Shown: positions 24,305 to 37,741, counted from the whole stretch's first letter. The stretch: DNA of 62,431 bases, filler included, from Dimargaris cristalligena (GCA_003614675.1; 9 parts of 9 records of this genome joined end to end with filler, not necessarily neighbours in it), one strand, 5' to 3'. Numbers and translations are program-made. The notes: generated by a model not told the origin, from the sequence alone.

Positions 24305-25314
24305 GGTGGAGGTGGTGGTGGACGGGTGTAGGGAGGGGGAGGTCCAAATAAAGGAGCCGGTGGATATGGATGTATGTGGTCTAATGATCGTGAATTGGGG
24401 CTGTGGGAAGGCTGGCGGTTGAATGAGCGACTTCTAGGATAGAGGGGGCTGTGGTTGATTGTAAAACGAGGGACACGAACGCCGGCGGATTGGACTTTTG
24501 AATTAGGCGAGCGTTAAATGTAGTACTAGTCTTGATGGCGTACGGGCTTGAAGGTGCTGGGCTGGGCGGGCTAATTATATAAAAATAAGATGTGTCTTTA
24601 TATATAAGGACCAACTGAAGGGATTAAATACTACGTATGCCAAAGTGAGCAGCGGAGTCAGGGAACTAACGGCATAGACAATAGATAATAAATGAAGGAA
24701 AGGAAACAAGGGAAAGAGTAGAAATGTCACGAAAGCAGAGCTGGATGAGCTGAGCCAGTCACTTATATGAGCGCAGTGCATACGATACACGCAAGAGAGT
24801 GGCGGACACTTTGCTCTTTAAACCCTGACCTACCACCACTATAGAGACCAAAGAGTGTTGGGCTGGCTGTGAATAATGGAGAGTGGTGGTTACCAAGCTC
24901 TGAAACCAACCTAATATCAATCCAGCCCACATCCCCAAAATTTATTTCCCAAACGAGCCCTCTCGTGGATTTTGGGTGGTGCGATGTATATACTGTTTGG
25001 GAAATTATTCCGTATTCACATACACAATGGCGGGAAAAGTGGACAGCCGTCACTACAATTGGTGGACGTCGAGTCCCTTTAACTCTAGTAATAATATTCG
25101 CCTACCCCTCCCAATGCCACCCGCCTCCACTATAGATAGAATATGTATATTACCGTTTGACTGCTGTCTTCATTTTTTAAAAATAATCTTTTGCTCCATT
25201 AACCCCTTCCCCTAATTGCTCCTCTCGACTACACGGAGTCTTTTCCTTAAACACCACATCGCCTGCTGCCCCACACACGAAAACAGCGCCGCAGTTAACT
25301 AGGCATATTTCCGA

Positions 25315-27546
25315 ATGTCCTCCAGCGATGAGAACCAGACCCCACCCCGTCGGGCGCAGCCCAAACCCAAACGGCGGCCACGCCCCACCACCACTTCACG
25401 GTCCGCCACGATGGCCCTTGGCCCTTCGGGACCCGCACCCACCGATAATGGCACCACCACCCCCCTAGGCGCAGCTACCCCGCACTCCCGTGGCAACATC
25501 CCCCACGACGACTCATTTTTCCGACGAGACACCACCTCAACCCTGGCCCTCATCGCCCAGTCCATCGAGTCGCCCTTACCAGGCCCTTCAGCTGATCTCG
25601 ATACCCCCAGTAAACGCAAGTCCGACGACGCTCTGTCGTCGCCAAATTGCGGCCCCGTGGCTCGTAAACGAGTCGAAAGGCCAGCGCGGGACGAGCTATC
25701 CCTTTCCCCGCCCAGCAGTCCTAGCCGGGGTGCAGCTCCTCGCCGGACCGGTGTGGTGAGGGTGAGTGACGATGACGACGACCAGCGGAGTGTATCCCTA
25801 ACCCCGCCCCCGGATTATCTGGATGTGAACGACTCGGACCTAAACTGGCCTGGCCTTTCCAACCATAATCATAACCGCGACATTGACCACACCATTCTAC
25901 TAGTGTCGAGTCCGTCTCCCGGCTCCTCGCCGTCCTTAGCACCTCGCTATTCACCCGAGTCGAGCGTCCTGCGGGGGCTGGATCCCGAATTAGAGGCAAT
26001 TGCTACTCAAATGCGTAGCCAACTACCACCCCCATCGGCCATGCCATTGCAAGTGGGTCACGAAGGCGAGTTGACTGTCATTGACGACGACTTGGCTATT
26101 GTTCCCTCCCCCCGCTTGAGTGGCGGTAGCTTCCGCCGTACCGGTAGTAGCCACAATGCCCTCTTAGGGACGACTAGTCCCACCCTAGATTACCAGCACG
26201 GCCTACAAAGTCCCCCACCCCTTTCGTCGCTACCCCGGAAAATGTCCCGAGCCGATTCTACTCCCCTAATATCCACTTTTCACTGCAACCTTTCACCAGG
26301 GACCCCCCTCCAAATCACCATCATTCCCCGCATTAGTTTCCAACCGGTGCCCGATCCGGAACAGGAACCTGTCTATTTGCCCATTTATGTCCCCGTCTCC
26401 TACCGCGTCCAACGAATTGATTCGTTTGAAGGTATATTTACCGAATTTTGTACCCGCTACCACCTTCCGCGCTCCGAAGTAGTAATGACCTTTCGCGATA
26501 CCCCCCTGTTTGACCGGTCCTCACCGGCTAGTCTCGATTGGCAAGATGAAGTAGAAATATGTAAGTGAAGTGCAAATAGAGACGCTGTGCGGTTGGATTA
26601 GGGTGTGATGGAACTGTTCAAACGTTTACCCTTCTTGATTTGAATCGGCTAGCAGCCGGACTTATAATAGTACGGCGGTGCTTTAGTGCGAGCTGAAGCA
26701 TTCACCTTTGGTGGTATAAGTCACTTCTCGAAACACAACCACAATTAGCCAGGTCAATTAATAACCACATTTTCGTTTATTCACATCGGCTATTTTATTT
26801 TTTATGTTTTGACTTTTACATTATGCCAGTCTGCTACTTCCGACACACCTTCGAGGAAAACAAGCGCCGTCGCGAATACCAAAGCGAGAAACGTCAGCAC
26901 CGGCTGGAGGAACAGGCCCGGCTAGATGTACTGTATATCCAAAAAAAGAAACAGCGGGAAGAACTACAGATGGCTGCAGCCACTTCGCAGGCGGGGGTGG
27001 TAGAGTCTTCCGCCAATGTCGAACCTGACGAGGATGATGAAAACGAGGATTATGTCAAGATTAAACTACGCGGTAAAGACAGAGTTGACGTGAAGCTCAA
27101 GGCCAAACATGTAAGTATAGCAATTTGATTGAAGAGTACTGGCTCCGTCCTATGAACTGAGTACGGCTCAGAAATTTTACAAGAGAATCCCCACACTAAG
27201 CGGGTTGTATACGGATCAAAGGTTTATTCTATGAGCAGCATATTGTCAGCATTATCAAACCAATACTTACCGTACCGTGTCTCCTCCCCCCCTATATACA
27301 TTGTATACTTCCCACTTTGACCCATCATTTATTACGGGTACTTCAAATTTCGTTTCGGGATGCTGTTTCTTATTGTAGACGACAACCGTTAAAGCCCTAA
27401 TCGACCAATATGTCAAGAGGCAGGATATCAACTCCCGCATCAATACTGTCAAACTCGAGTTCGAAGGGGATATTTTAGACCCCGACATGACCGTCGAAGA
27501 ACTGGACCTCGAAGACGGTGATATGCTCACGGTTATCATCAAGTAG
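25315..27546 (+). CDS. Esc2/Rad60/NIP45-family protein with two C-terminal SUMO-like domains (exons 25315-26560, 26830-27110, 27379-27546)
   Basis: Disordered S/P-rich N-terminus; SLD1 (DSFEGIFTEFC...VVMTFRDTPLF...SPASL); SLD2 (VKIKLRGKD...TTVKALIDQY...LEFEGDILDPDMTVEELDLEDGDML). Transcribed divergently from BUR6. Confidence 0.85.
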
Positions 27547-29208
27547 CCCGACATGTCCAGTTTCCCGGCCTTTCACTGCTCTGGATGTAGATAACCTCCT
27601 TCCTTTTATAAACTTGACCTCTTTCTTTTCACCGGATGCATTCGATGCTTTGATGCGTCTTCATTTGAGAATTGGGGCGAGCTTAGTGTTACATATTCAG
27701 TTATGAGACGTATATGTTGGGCCGGTGATTTGAGGAACCCCTCTCCCGGGACTAAGGATGGGGCTGAGCCCCGCGCTATGCTCGGGATTGGATGGGCCAC
27801 CGGACGTCGGGTTTGGNNNNNNNNNNNNNNNNNNNNNNNNNNNNNNNNNNNNNNNNNNNNTTAATTAATTAANNNNNNNNNNNNNNNNNNNNNNNNNNNN
27901 NNNNNNNNNNNNNNNNGGCATTAGCAATGGCCAAATCAATAATCAGATACCTGTCTTTTATAATATCCTGGACTATTAAATGGCGTCGATAGGTCGGAGG
28001 GCTTACCAATGTTCGCAAGGTTACGTGGCCGTGGCACTCGCTATTGCCGCATTTGGACAGGCCGAGAACGGCAAACTAGCCTGACCGTGTCGCAGTTGGC
28101 GCAACTCAATTTCCAAAAAATGAGTTGATCCATATGCCCAAACATAAAAGGCATGGGCATCCCGGCCACATCGGGTGCACCGATGCTATTCATTTAAGAG
28201 GTACAATTGGGTCAACCAAATTCAGCTGTTTAGTATCTACAAGTGCTTCCCTTTCTACCTATTGAAATCTATGAAGCAGTTCCACACGTTCGCAGCGTAT
28301 GAGTTATTCTATAAGGCGCCAGATTGCAGGCCTTGTCGCTAAGTAGTTTCAGCAAAGCGTTAGAGATACTGTCCCATATAGTAACCAATAGTTGTTGGAT
28401 GGAAACCCCGGGTGGTAGGAACGTTTGGTAGAATTGGTTAGAGAAGGTTGGTGGCTAAAATTTATTTTAACATTCAGTGTATGCCACATTACATTTAACA
28501 TAAAAAATCACATAACAATCAATCCAAACTATATATTCTAACTTTGAGGGAGACCAACCCGCACTTTAGTTGGGCGAAGATGGATACTTGATGAATTCGG
28601 CTCTTAGGATCGTGCGAAAATCGAATAAAAAGGCGACCCTACAGTATTTATTAGGTTGTAGGAAGAAGGGGTAAGAAATGTAATCGCCAGGACAAAGTAG
28701 ATAAAACCAATCATTAGAGAGAAAAGAGAGCGAGTGGAGAACATCTGTCACAGAGCGGTAATTGGAGAATAATAATCAGACAGTCGAAACTGTAAAGTTG
28801 GAGGGGTGTGTAAGAAATAATGTTTGGATTGATACTGACGTCGCGCCAATGGAGTCCCATCCCGTGGAATTACAGAGGTAGCTGCACAGTAAATGCATTG
28901 ACAAACTCCAGAAAAGGTCAGAATATAATATATGGCTAGGAAAGTATCGGGAAATTTAAAGCCACAAATCATTTTAGAACATAACATAATCCAAAATCCA
29001 CGATATAGTTAAAGGGATTTGAGCAGTCGGAATAGTTTAGTGTCAATAGGACAGTACACTTTCCCTAAGCGAACATCAACAATAAAATGAAAATATCGGG
29101 ACATACGCTAACACATGCACCGGTGCACGCAGAATAAAAGGGATGCAGTTGTATCTTCAATACAGTAAGATAAGGTAGCCGAGATATGGCTTGGAATACC
29201 CAATATCT

Positions 29209-29412
29209 CTATCGAGATCGGGGCAAAGGGTTGGATTTAAATCTGATGAGCAAGAAGCTCAGCTTAAAGTCAGGCGCGCGCTTTCCCAACCAATGATCGA
29301 ATCGAACAGGGAGATGCGAGTTGAGCGACCCATTCGTTGGCATGGAGTGTGATAATGGGGAGGCTAAAAGTGCGATAAAAGCCGCCAAAATAGTGAATCG
29401 TAAGGCGTGCAT
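29209..29412 (-). CDS. 67-aa secreted prepro-peptide: signal peptide, pro region, KR site, 22-aa cationic/hydrophobic peptide
   Basis: MHALRFTILAAFIALLASPLSHS-MPTNGSLNSHLPVRFDHWLGKR|APDFKLSFLLIRFKSNPLPRSR*. TATATAA near 29550. A paralogue lies 3.4 kb away. Confidence 0.75.
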   Translation of the reverse strand: MHALRFTILAAFIALLASPLSHSMPTNGSLNSHLPVRFDHWLGKRAPDFKLSFLLIRFKSNPLPRSR

Positions 29413-31890
29413 GCCTGCAATGAAAGCGAAATGTGTAATGGAGAAAGGTGTAAAATTGTGGCGTCGATTTAGTGGCTATAGAAATAATAGAAATGATAGA
29501 TGGAGAGAGAGTGGGAGAGAGGTACGAAGGGAAATAAAGCTGAATTATATAACAGCACAAAAATGACTGAAGTGAAGGCGGGGGCGGTCTATTTTTGAAA
29601 GAGGTATCATAGTTCTATTTAGTCAAATCCCTCCCAACTTATGTATTCGACCAATCAATTGTGGATTTGCCAATTGGTTATCAAAGATTACCCGCTTATT
29701 ACTTCTGTTGAAGAATAGCGGTAATCGGGATTTCAGCCCTGGTGTCGACCTGCTCTATTCGGAGGCCACATCCTTTTTTTACCGAAAGTTCCCATACTGG
29801 CATTAGGGCTATGAGGTGCCAAAAAAATCCGGAAATGCAACGGTAGTCGTAGTGTAACCATTAGGAGAGATTGGCCCCATTAGTGATGTCGAGGTCACCT
29901 GATTCTCCCTACTCTAAAGCAACGTCTAAAAGGCGAAGAACGGTCACCGGCCCCATTAAAACATAACGGATTAGCCTAAGGTATAAATTAGATAATGATC
30001 TGCGCCACCCGGCAAACCTTGTCTTAATAAAATACTTATATCTATACATCTAGTCATTATCCCCCTCGAACCCCGACTCGGCTGATGTGTTGGATCCTAG
30101 CCTAACTCGGCCTAATTGTAACAGTAGGCATGTATTGTCTTAAAGTACGGAAAGTAATGCTGCCGAATGGGGTTGCCGGGATTCCTTGGTCACTATCAAA
30201 ACTATTCCCACAACCGAGTCCGCTATTAGTACAACTGGGTCATATATTACCCCTTTTCTATTGCTTATCTGTCAAAAGCTACCTCGATATCGATGGTAAT
30301 CAATGTTAATACGGGCGTTAGTACTGTCAACTAATCGTCGGCCCTGCCCTTTCAGACTGCTTCAAAACGCAGGGAGGGGTCATGCTTGTTGGCTTAGATG
30401 GCTAATCCCTCTACGGTTCCTGGAAGTGACCAGCGTCACCGAACAATTATGTTCCGAGTGCCTAGTATACGAATTCTCCTCCCTCCTAATTTATGTTTAG
30501 TCCATCTCCCGTTGGCATTATTATTAGTAGTTCAAATTTCAGTCTAAAGGTGATGATTAGTCATATCGAATAGCCATTTGATTGAGATATTTTATTTACA
30601 ATTCTAGCTGGGAGTAGTATTTAAATAAACTACAATTCTCCCAAGGTATAATGCTGAGACAGACTTACCATTACCCCACCAGTAAAAATTGAAGAACCAC
30701 AAAAGGAGAAGCGCGCCCTCCGCAGTAATACTTATTAGATATAAGTTTATGCCAATATATAGAATTAGAAGCATTTTTAACAGAGCTTTCCTGGAAATGG
30801 TCCTCAGGAGGAAGACCGTTTCAATAACGGTTTCTCGTGCGGGTATTCATTGAGTTGTATATCAAAAGCGAAATTGCCACCAATACCTTCAGTAAACATA
30901 ATTCACCGGTTGATACAGGCACCCTTAGTAAACCCATCAATAAGAGCAAGGTCGCGAGCCTCGCAGAAAAGGCAAAGGTAACGGTAATTTATAGCTCGGC
31001 AGCGGTTCCAGGTTGCTCTACTACCAGGGAGAATGCAATTGGGGTTTTCCCCGGATACCCCGTAAATTACCTGATGATGGAAAAACTGGTAAGTCAATGT
31101 TCCACCTTGATTAGCAACCATACAACGGAGCCTTGTAAGACACTGGAGTGGTTAGCCGTTGCAACACTATTCAAGTTCGCTCGATTCTTAAAGGTTGTGG
31201 GAAGAACTATACAGTCGTATAATGGGAGCTTGCCCTATAAAGTTGACCTATTCGATTGCTTATTAGCTAAATATATATAGGAGGCATTTTGTCTCGTCTT
31301 TATTTGCCGTTTATGATAACGAGATGCTAATTACCCCCTATTTTAACTATTTCCTAAAACACAATTTTTTTATATAATACTATTGGCTACCTCAAGGTGC
31401 CCTTAGGCTTAATGGCTTAGTGTATACGTGTTTCGTTGGCTGTGATATTCCCCACTACATCATTTGGACATGTCTATTGAAGTAAACTAGCATATCAGTC
31501 TTACACTTTGTACAGCTCAATGCCCAGGAAATGAACTGGCTGATATGTCCACATATAAACAACATGGGAACCCTAGCTACACCAAATGCTTCTGTATTAT
31601 TCATTCATGAGGCATAGTTCAGCCAATCAGACCCACCTAGTTGGTATAATACATATTACATGCAGGCTGAAAAAAATATACTAATACTCCATAAAGTAGA
31701 ATATTCTATGGGTGAATATATACCCAACTTAAAAGGTAGATGGAGATGGGGAATGTTCAAGCCAAGCCCTTTATACTATGTTTCAGTAGATTAATAACAA
31801 TTGTATTTCAGCATTTATTGGCTAAATGGAAGGAGTGGTAATAAATGGGATTGCCAGTGTAAAATGAAACAAACTAGCCATCAAAGGGAG

Positions 31891-32474
31891 TGTTTCCTGG
31901 GTTAACCACTCTTAGTCTATTAAGAGTCCTGAGGATAGGCTTCTAATGGTAGGTGGGGCTTAGGCTCAGCTAAGTGGGCTGCTAGCATCAGGTACAGGCA
32001 TAGTACTAACTAATAAAGGTTTCAGTGCAGGTATAGGCAAGGGTCATGGAGCAGGCACACTTACTAGTCAGTATAAGGGGAGTGAGTATATATAGGGTTT
32101 ATTAGGGGTAAACCAGGAGGTAAGAATAAGCTAAGGAATCTAACCAGTCCCAATGGGGCCCAGTTATATATACATAGGGACAACTCCAGAGGGAGGCCCA
32201 GGGGGAAGGATACTACTAAGAATAAGGTATGGTATAATAGGCTAACCAGATAGTCATGAGGACCTGGAAGACTCTACTGGTAACTGGAAGAGTCTTTAGA
32301 TTAGTACTTGAGTGATTAGTGTAAAGAGGCAGAGTCCAGAAGGGGAAGGGTTATATAATATAGGGTGATCCCATAGCACTGGGGGTGACCATAGGAAGGT
32401 TAATATGGTGCTATAAGGCCTAATAGGGATAGATACTATAGTGTCTGGATTAAGGAGGATTAGATAGTCTAACA
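31891..32474. mobile_element. Solo LTR family B
   Basis: TGTTTCCTGGGTTAACC...TAGTCTAACA; inverted relative to 4395-4977; CpG-depleted. Confidence 0.8.
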
Positions 32475-32633
32475 GGGTTCACGGAGTTGGGATATTGTAG
32501 TCTATAAGAAAGGACAATTTCACTTAGCAAACAATAATAACCAAGAAAATATCAATAAAGTGCCAGAAAGGTGTAATGTAAAGATGATTAGGTAATCATA
32601 ATGTTGCTATAGAGATTGGAACTAACTGATGTA

Positions 32634-32810
32634 TTAAAATTTAAATAGCGGGAGAGGCCCATGCTTAGTATCCATGTGTTTGTTCAACTGATCATAGATT
32701 CAAACAGGGAAAGCTAAGCTGAGTGACTTATTAGTAGGCATAGTGTATGCTGAAGGAGTGTCTATGAGTGTGACAACAGCTGCCAAAATAGTCAGCTGCA
32801 AGATGTTCAT
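32634..32810 (-). pseudogene. Pseudogenised paralogue of the 29209-29412 prepro-peptide gene
   Basis: MNILQLTILAAVVTLIDTPSAYTMPTNKSLSLAFPV*: CGA>TGA at 32702-32700 and KR (AAGCGC) > KH (AAACAC). Upstream ~32935-33120 aligns with ~29545-29730. Confidence 0.8.
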
Positions 32811-34684
32811 GGCTGTCGTGGGGGCAAAGTGTTCAACAGGACAAGTTGTGGAAATGGGAGATGTCAACTTGATGATGATAGGGACAGAGGTGATATACAG
32901 ATAGAGAAATGTGCTAGGGGGATTAGGGTTCATTTATAAATAAGTGTGAAAGTGACTGTAGTGAGGGGGGAAAAGTTGATATTTGTAAGAAATACCATAC
33001 CTCCATTAAGTTAAGTCCCCTCTGAATTATCTATTGAGCTGACCAACAGGTGATTTACCTATTGGCTATCAAAGATTGGCCTTTTTCATGTGGTTTTTGA
33101 AGGATGGCGGGAATTATGATTTCTACTCTTAAGCCTATGTGTTTCTTCCATATATTTTACCTATTGTCTTTTAACTACTAAAGTGGTGCTCGATCCAAGC
33201 TTATGACAGTGTCATGGATATTTCTTAATTACTTGTCAGGCAACAGCTGGCTCAAATCTACGATCATAGGAAGGAAATTGTATTCAGTTGTATTTAGATC
33301 TGCAGCAGTATCTACTTGTCCAATCAGGAAACCTAGTTTACCGGCCAAAAATTTACCCGAATGATGGAGACGACCAATGCTATAAAGCTATTCAATGTGG
33401 CAAAGTGATCATCAACCCTGTCCCTTCACATCACCGTCAAATACATGAAAGGATAGAGGATAATGGAACCGCTGGTTAATCCTTCAACAGTTCCCTTAAG
33501 AGGTCAGCACGGCTGAATAACACTGCTCCCAGTGCCAAGTATACTTACTCTCCTTACATTATCCCTTTTTGTGTTGATCTCCCAATGCCACTACTATTAT
33601 CATAACCGTGTTTCAGTCCAAAAATATGGTAGTTAGTTTTACCATCCGACTGTGCCATCATGACAAGCTCTTGGCTTTTTACATAGCAAGGTGTTCCCTG
33701 TTTGGTCAGAGTGGGATTATTGTGGTGATTTGCCACTCTATTACTGAATCACAGAGCTCACATGAGTAAGCTCTCTAGTTTAACAGCCAGATATGGTCAA
33801 CTATGAGTCCAAATATTCACCTGACCCCACCAGCAAGAATGCGCCACAAAGCTGGCAACAAACTATTATTAACCTAGTCGGACACAAACAAGTCCCAGGA
33901 CATCTAATATAACAGAACATACGTCATCACTGGTTTGGTATGGTATTATAAAATACTACTACGGATATCTAAACTATATCCCCATTGGGTAACTATGGTA
34001 ATAATGCTCCCTCTTGACCTTGACGTACCCCTGGAAATTTATCTCCAAGTGCTGTTTCAACGGGGCATTATGGATACAGAGCCAGGGGTCTATCAATTTA
34101 AGCGTGTCTAAGGGTGGAGTACCAGCTGGAGTGTATATATATGGAGGTTTTTAAATAAATAACATTAGCGAAGGAAGTATTGGAGTTTGGCCCGGGTGGC
34201 TGTTTGTACATAGTAGTGTCACCAGAGAGCCTTCCAAGAATACTAATGAATGCACTAGAAGGTGTCCGCTGGTGCTTGAAAGGCTATGGTGGGAACCCAC
34301 AACTTCTTCACATCAGCTATGGTGGTGGGGTGGACTAGTCCTTTTAGTTTCGGTCAGGGTTAGGTAAGTGATCATCTTAACACGGAGTGTTTCCATGGGA
34401 AGAGCGCTATGTTATATCAGGGCCACATTTGGGAAGCAACAGATACAAGGACCTGCTAATAATTGCACTTAGTAACCTACCATGCAATTGCGAAAGTGGT
34501 GAATGAAGTGGCGGCTGGGTGATTTTAATACCAAATTGTAAAAGTAAGTGTGCCAATTGACTATCCCTATATGGCTACATTCTCTTCAAAGTAATAGTAT
34601 CGCATACGTACTAATACATAGTAACCCACAAAGCGCGTGTATTTGCCCTGCCATCTGCTGACGGCAATTATTACCTCCAGTCGA

Positions 34685-34771
34685 TATGGGTGAAGTTCAG
34701 CTTGGTTGTATAAGGCTTTAACTGTTATGCGTATGGGAAAATCGGTGGGATGTTTATTTTCAACCAGTAGT
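34685..34771 (+). mobile_element. MITE family D, truncated by contig end
   Basis: Nearly identical to the start of 44478-44619. Confidence 0.75.
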
Positions 34772-34871
34772 NNNNNNNNNNNNNNNNNNNNNNNNNNNNN
34801 NNNNNNNNNNNNNNNTTAATTAATTAANNNNNNNNNNNNNNNNNNNNNNNNNNNNNNNNNNNNNNNNNNNN

Positions 34872-35030
34872 ATTTTACGAATAGTCTCTGAGGTAAAAAA
34901 TAATTACCTGCTTATAATTTATATTAACTAATAAATTTAATAGATTTTTATATTTAGTTTTATTTAAATATTAATTTCTAAGCATATTGAAAAATATACA
35001 AAGACCTGTTCGGGTCTCTTGGACTTAGTT
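34872..35030 (-). other. Mitochondrial group I intron, 5' portion (downstream of the cox2 exon)
   Basis: Starts after an exon-terminal T. Contains a GAGACC..GGTCTT hairpin and the R element TCAGAGACTA at ~34891-34882. Very AT-rich. Confidence 0.75.
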
Positions 35031-35120
35031 ATCCATTAAATAAAGCAATTTAAAAGAAGGAAAAGCAATCATTATAAGTATTATAGCTGGAGAAATTGTC
35101 CATATTAATTCAATTAATGA
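35031..35120 (-). CDS. cox2: Mitochondrial cytochrome c oxidase subunit 2 exon (30 codons); NUMT or chimeric join
   Basis: Translates SLIELIWTISPAIILIMIAFPSFKLLYLMD, the conserved Cox2 second TM helix. Confidence 0.93.
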
Positions 35121-35450
35121 CAACATCTGTAACGGATGTTAGGACTATCAATTAAAGAAAAATTCTTTTTTTTCGTTTAGTCTCTAAGGATAAATAATTT
35201 GTATTTTTCCTATTAATAAAAAAAATAATAATTCCTATAAGAGGAAATAATATATAAAAAATATTTTTTTTTTAATATTTAGTAAAATTATAATTAAATA
35301 AACAACTTTTTTTAATTATTTTTTTTATTAGGGAACTCCAAGAGCGATGTTTTATGGGCGATATCTTTGAATTAATATATGACTCTTATGCTATGATTTA
35401 TTTATTATTTGGGATTATATAGTTATGCCTTAACCGTAATGTTATTTTCC
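35121..35450 (-). other. Mitochondrial group I intron, 3' portion (upstream of the cox2 exon)
   Basis: R-like CTTAGAGACTAAAC (~35188-35175), S-like GATAGTCC (~35149-35142), P9 hairpin AACATC/GATGTT and terminal G directly before the exon. Far boundary approximate. Confidence 0.75.
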
Positions 35451-37036
35451 AAGTAATACCTGAATCAGCACCCACTATATGTGGGGCCCACTGCATTGTC
35501 ATTCAATACTATTCTTTTAAAAAACGAATATACTTGATATAGCAGTACAGCAGTGTAACAAAAGATTTATTGGCTCAGTTAAACAATAGCCTAGTTATTT
35601 TCTCATAAATATATATTTACAGCCCCTCCCTTTAGCCACTTTGTTGTAAACTAATATTTTAAATAGCATTTAGCAATGTCCCACTTTGCAATAAATTTGC
35701 CCTGGTGTGTAATTGTCAATGACTGCTAACAATTATACGTTTATTTGTCGATTGTCTTTAGAACTTGGTTCGATGTTGATAAAGTGGGACTACGAGTGTA
35801 TCCCAACAGTAGGGATACCATGGATTTGAGAATGGGGGACATGTAGCCGCTCAATAATGTGCGAAATTTTTTATTGGCCTTGAGGGATGTTACCACAGGC
35901 ACGACCACCTCAGCAACTCCCACTGTCCCTTATTTGTGTGTGTTTTTACCTATTTCCCTATTATAATTACTATATTCCAAGTCCTTGGGCAAATCAGGCC
36001 ATTCAAGGGCAATTATATTAGCTTAGCTCTAAAGCAGACAATCAAATATTAATACTTGTAAATAATGCCTGTCCTATTTCTTAGGCTGGTCATTTCCAAG
36101 AGGGGTGTTGGCCCACCTATTCTTCCATTCTTGGTTTGTTTCAAACAGTAACTAATCCAGCATATCTTCACTATCATTTTAGTGGTTGGTAGTCGAAGGA
36201 TGATAGAAACACGACTTGGATTTATCTTAAGGAGGTTGAAGCGCCATAGAGGTAATTTAAGGGATGGGTGAGGTATGGGAGTCGAAGTAAACAAGGGGCT
36301 ATTGACAATTTATTGATTATAATTTTCCGTAGAGGTAGAAGTAAGGTGAGGCAAACCATAGCTGGCTAAGACAATTGAAATAATAATAACCGGTCACCTT
36401 TTCTATGCCACTACTTACTGGATAGGATATGTGGTGGACTGACTCAGCGTATGTGGTGGCTGCAGGGCATTGGAGGCATAAAGGCTTGATAAAAAACCGC
36501 ACTAAATCAAAGGACGGAAGTGGACGAGAGGCAGCCTCTTTATCCAAACCCGCGGTGTCGCTTGGTTGACCTGCAGTGGCTTTCCACCATCGTTTAATTC
36601 TTGGCAAATCGTGGTACAAAGTCTTAAGAAACGTTCTTAGAATAACCTGCCAACATAACACTCCGCTGTGGGTTGTCGTCGATGCTTGTCATCTATTCGG
36701 CGACAACCGATTAATCACCCCAGTTCGCACTGCTTTATTTGGAGGCGAATGCCTTTTTCTTTTGGCTGAGGCGGTATCCGCACTACTCCTCTGTATTCTG
36801 CAGTTTCCCATCTTCGCCACCATTCCTTTCCTTGATTCCCCTTCCGCCCCTATCCCAACATACTCACACACGCGCCCTTAGTCCCCTCCTTATCATATAA
36901 CCAGACATAGCAAACCAGCTGATTTGGCCTGGGCGACTTCACTCCTCTGGATTCCTGGTTTGGAAACCCCGAGAGTAAATTCTACAGTGACCCGTAAATC
37001 CGTGGGACCCCATCAAGTCGAATTCTATTTAGCACG

Positions 37037-37741
37037 ATGCATCCCTCATACACCGCACTTAACCTTCCGACATATGCGGGAAAATTCCCGACAATACGCG
37101 GTCGTATATAGGAAGTGCTTTTGCCTAAAGGTGCCTGTATAGTGAAACGCGGAACACCAGAAGAGGTCTACAACATGCTTTTGGTCCAGCGCTTTACCGA
37201 CATCCCCGTCCCCACTGTTCATGGAATCCAAGGGGAGTATATTATTATGGAGAAGATGTCCGGAGCCCCGCTGGACTGGAAAACCACACCATTTCGAAGT
37301 AAAATCGTCGACCAGCTGAGTGCATTTGTAGCACAACTACATTCTCTTTACGGCATTCTACCAGGCAATAGTAGTCACGAATGTATAATCCACAGGCGTC
37401 GAACTACCAAAGGTACTTGTTGGAATCTAAATGATTTACACTGCTTATATGTCTCCCGGATGACATCTGACACTGTCCGTGATCATGCGTTGAAGACCCT
37501 CACAAAGGACTATACATTGTATTATACCCACGGAGATATTGCACCGCATAACATAATGGTCGATAATAATGGTACCATTACTGCACTTCTAGATTGGGAG
37601 GACACCAGCTTCTATCCCGAGTATTGGGAATATGTAAGATCGACACGATACACCGAATGGTTAGCCGAGGTTGGCTTATTCATGAAACCTTACTACAATG
37701 AGCATTATATTTGCATATACCTGGATATGATTTCATTATGA
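37037..37741 (+). pseudogene. APH/choline-kinase-like phosphotransferase with one in-frame stop (TAG 37109-37111)
   Basis: TDIPVPTVH, YIIMEKMSG, HGDIAPHNIMV, LLDWEDTSFYPEYWEY. The paralogue has CAG at the TAG position. Confidence 0.8.

Noticed and set aside
30837-31280. 147-aa ORF with GTG start
   Set aside because: Non-ATG start and no recognisable motif.
35150-35270. nad4/nad4L-like reading ILFPLIGIIIFFINRKN on the minus strand
   Set aside because: Short, AT-driven similarity that runs into the group I intron R element; better explained as intron sequence.
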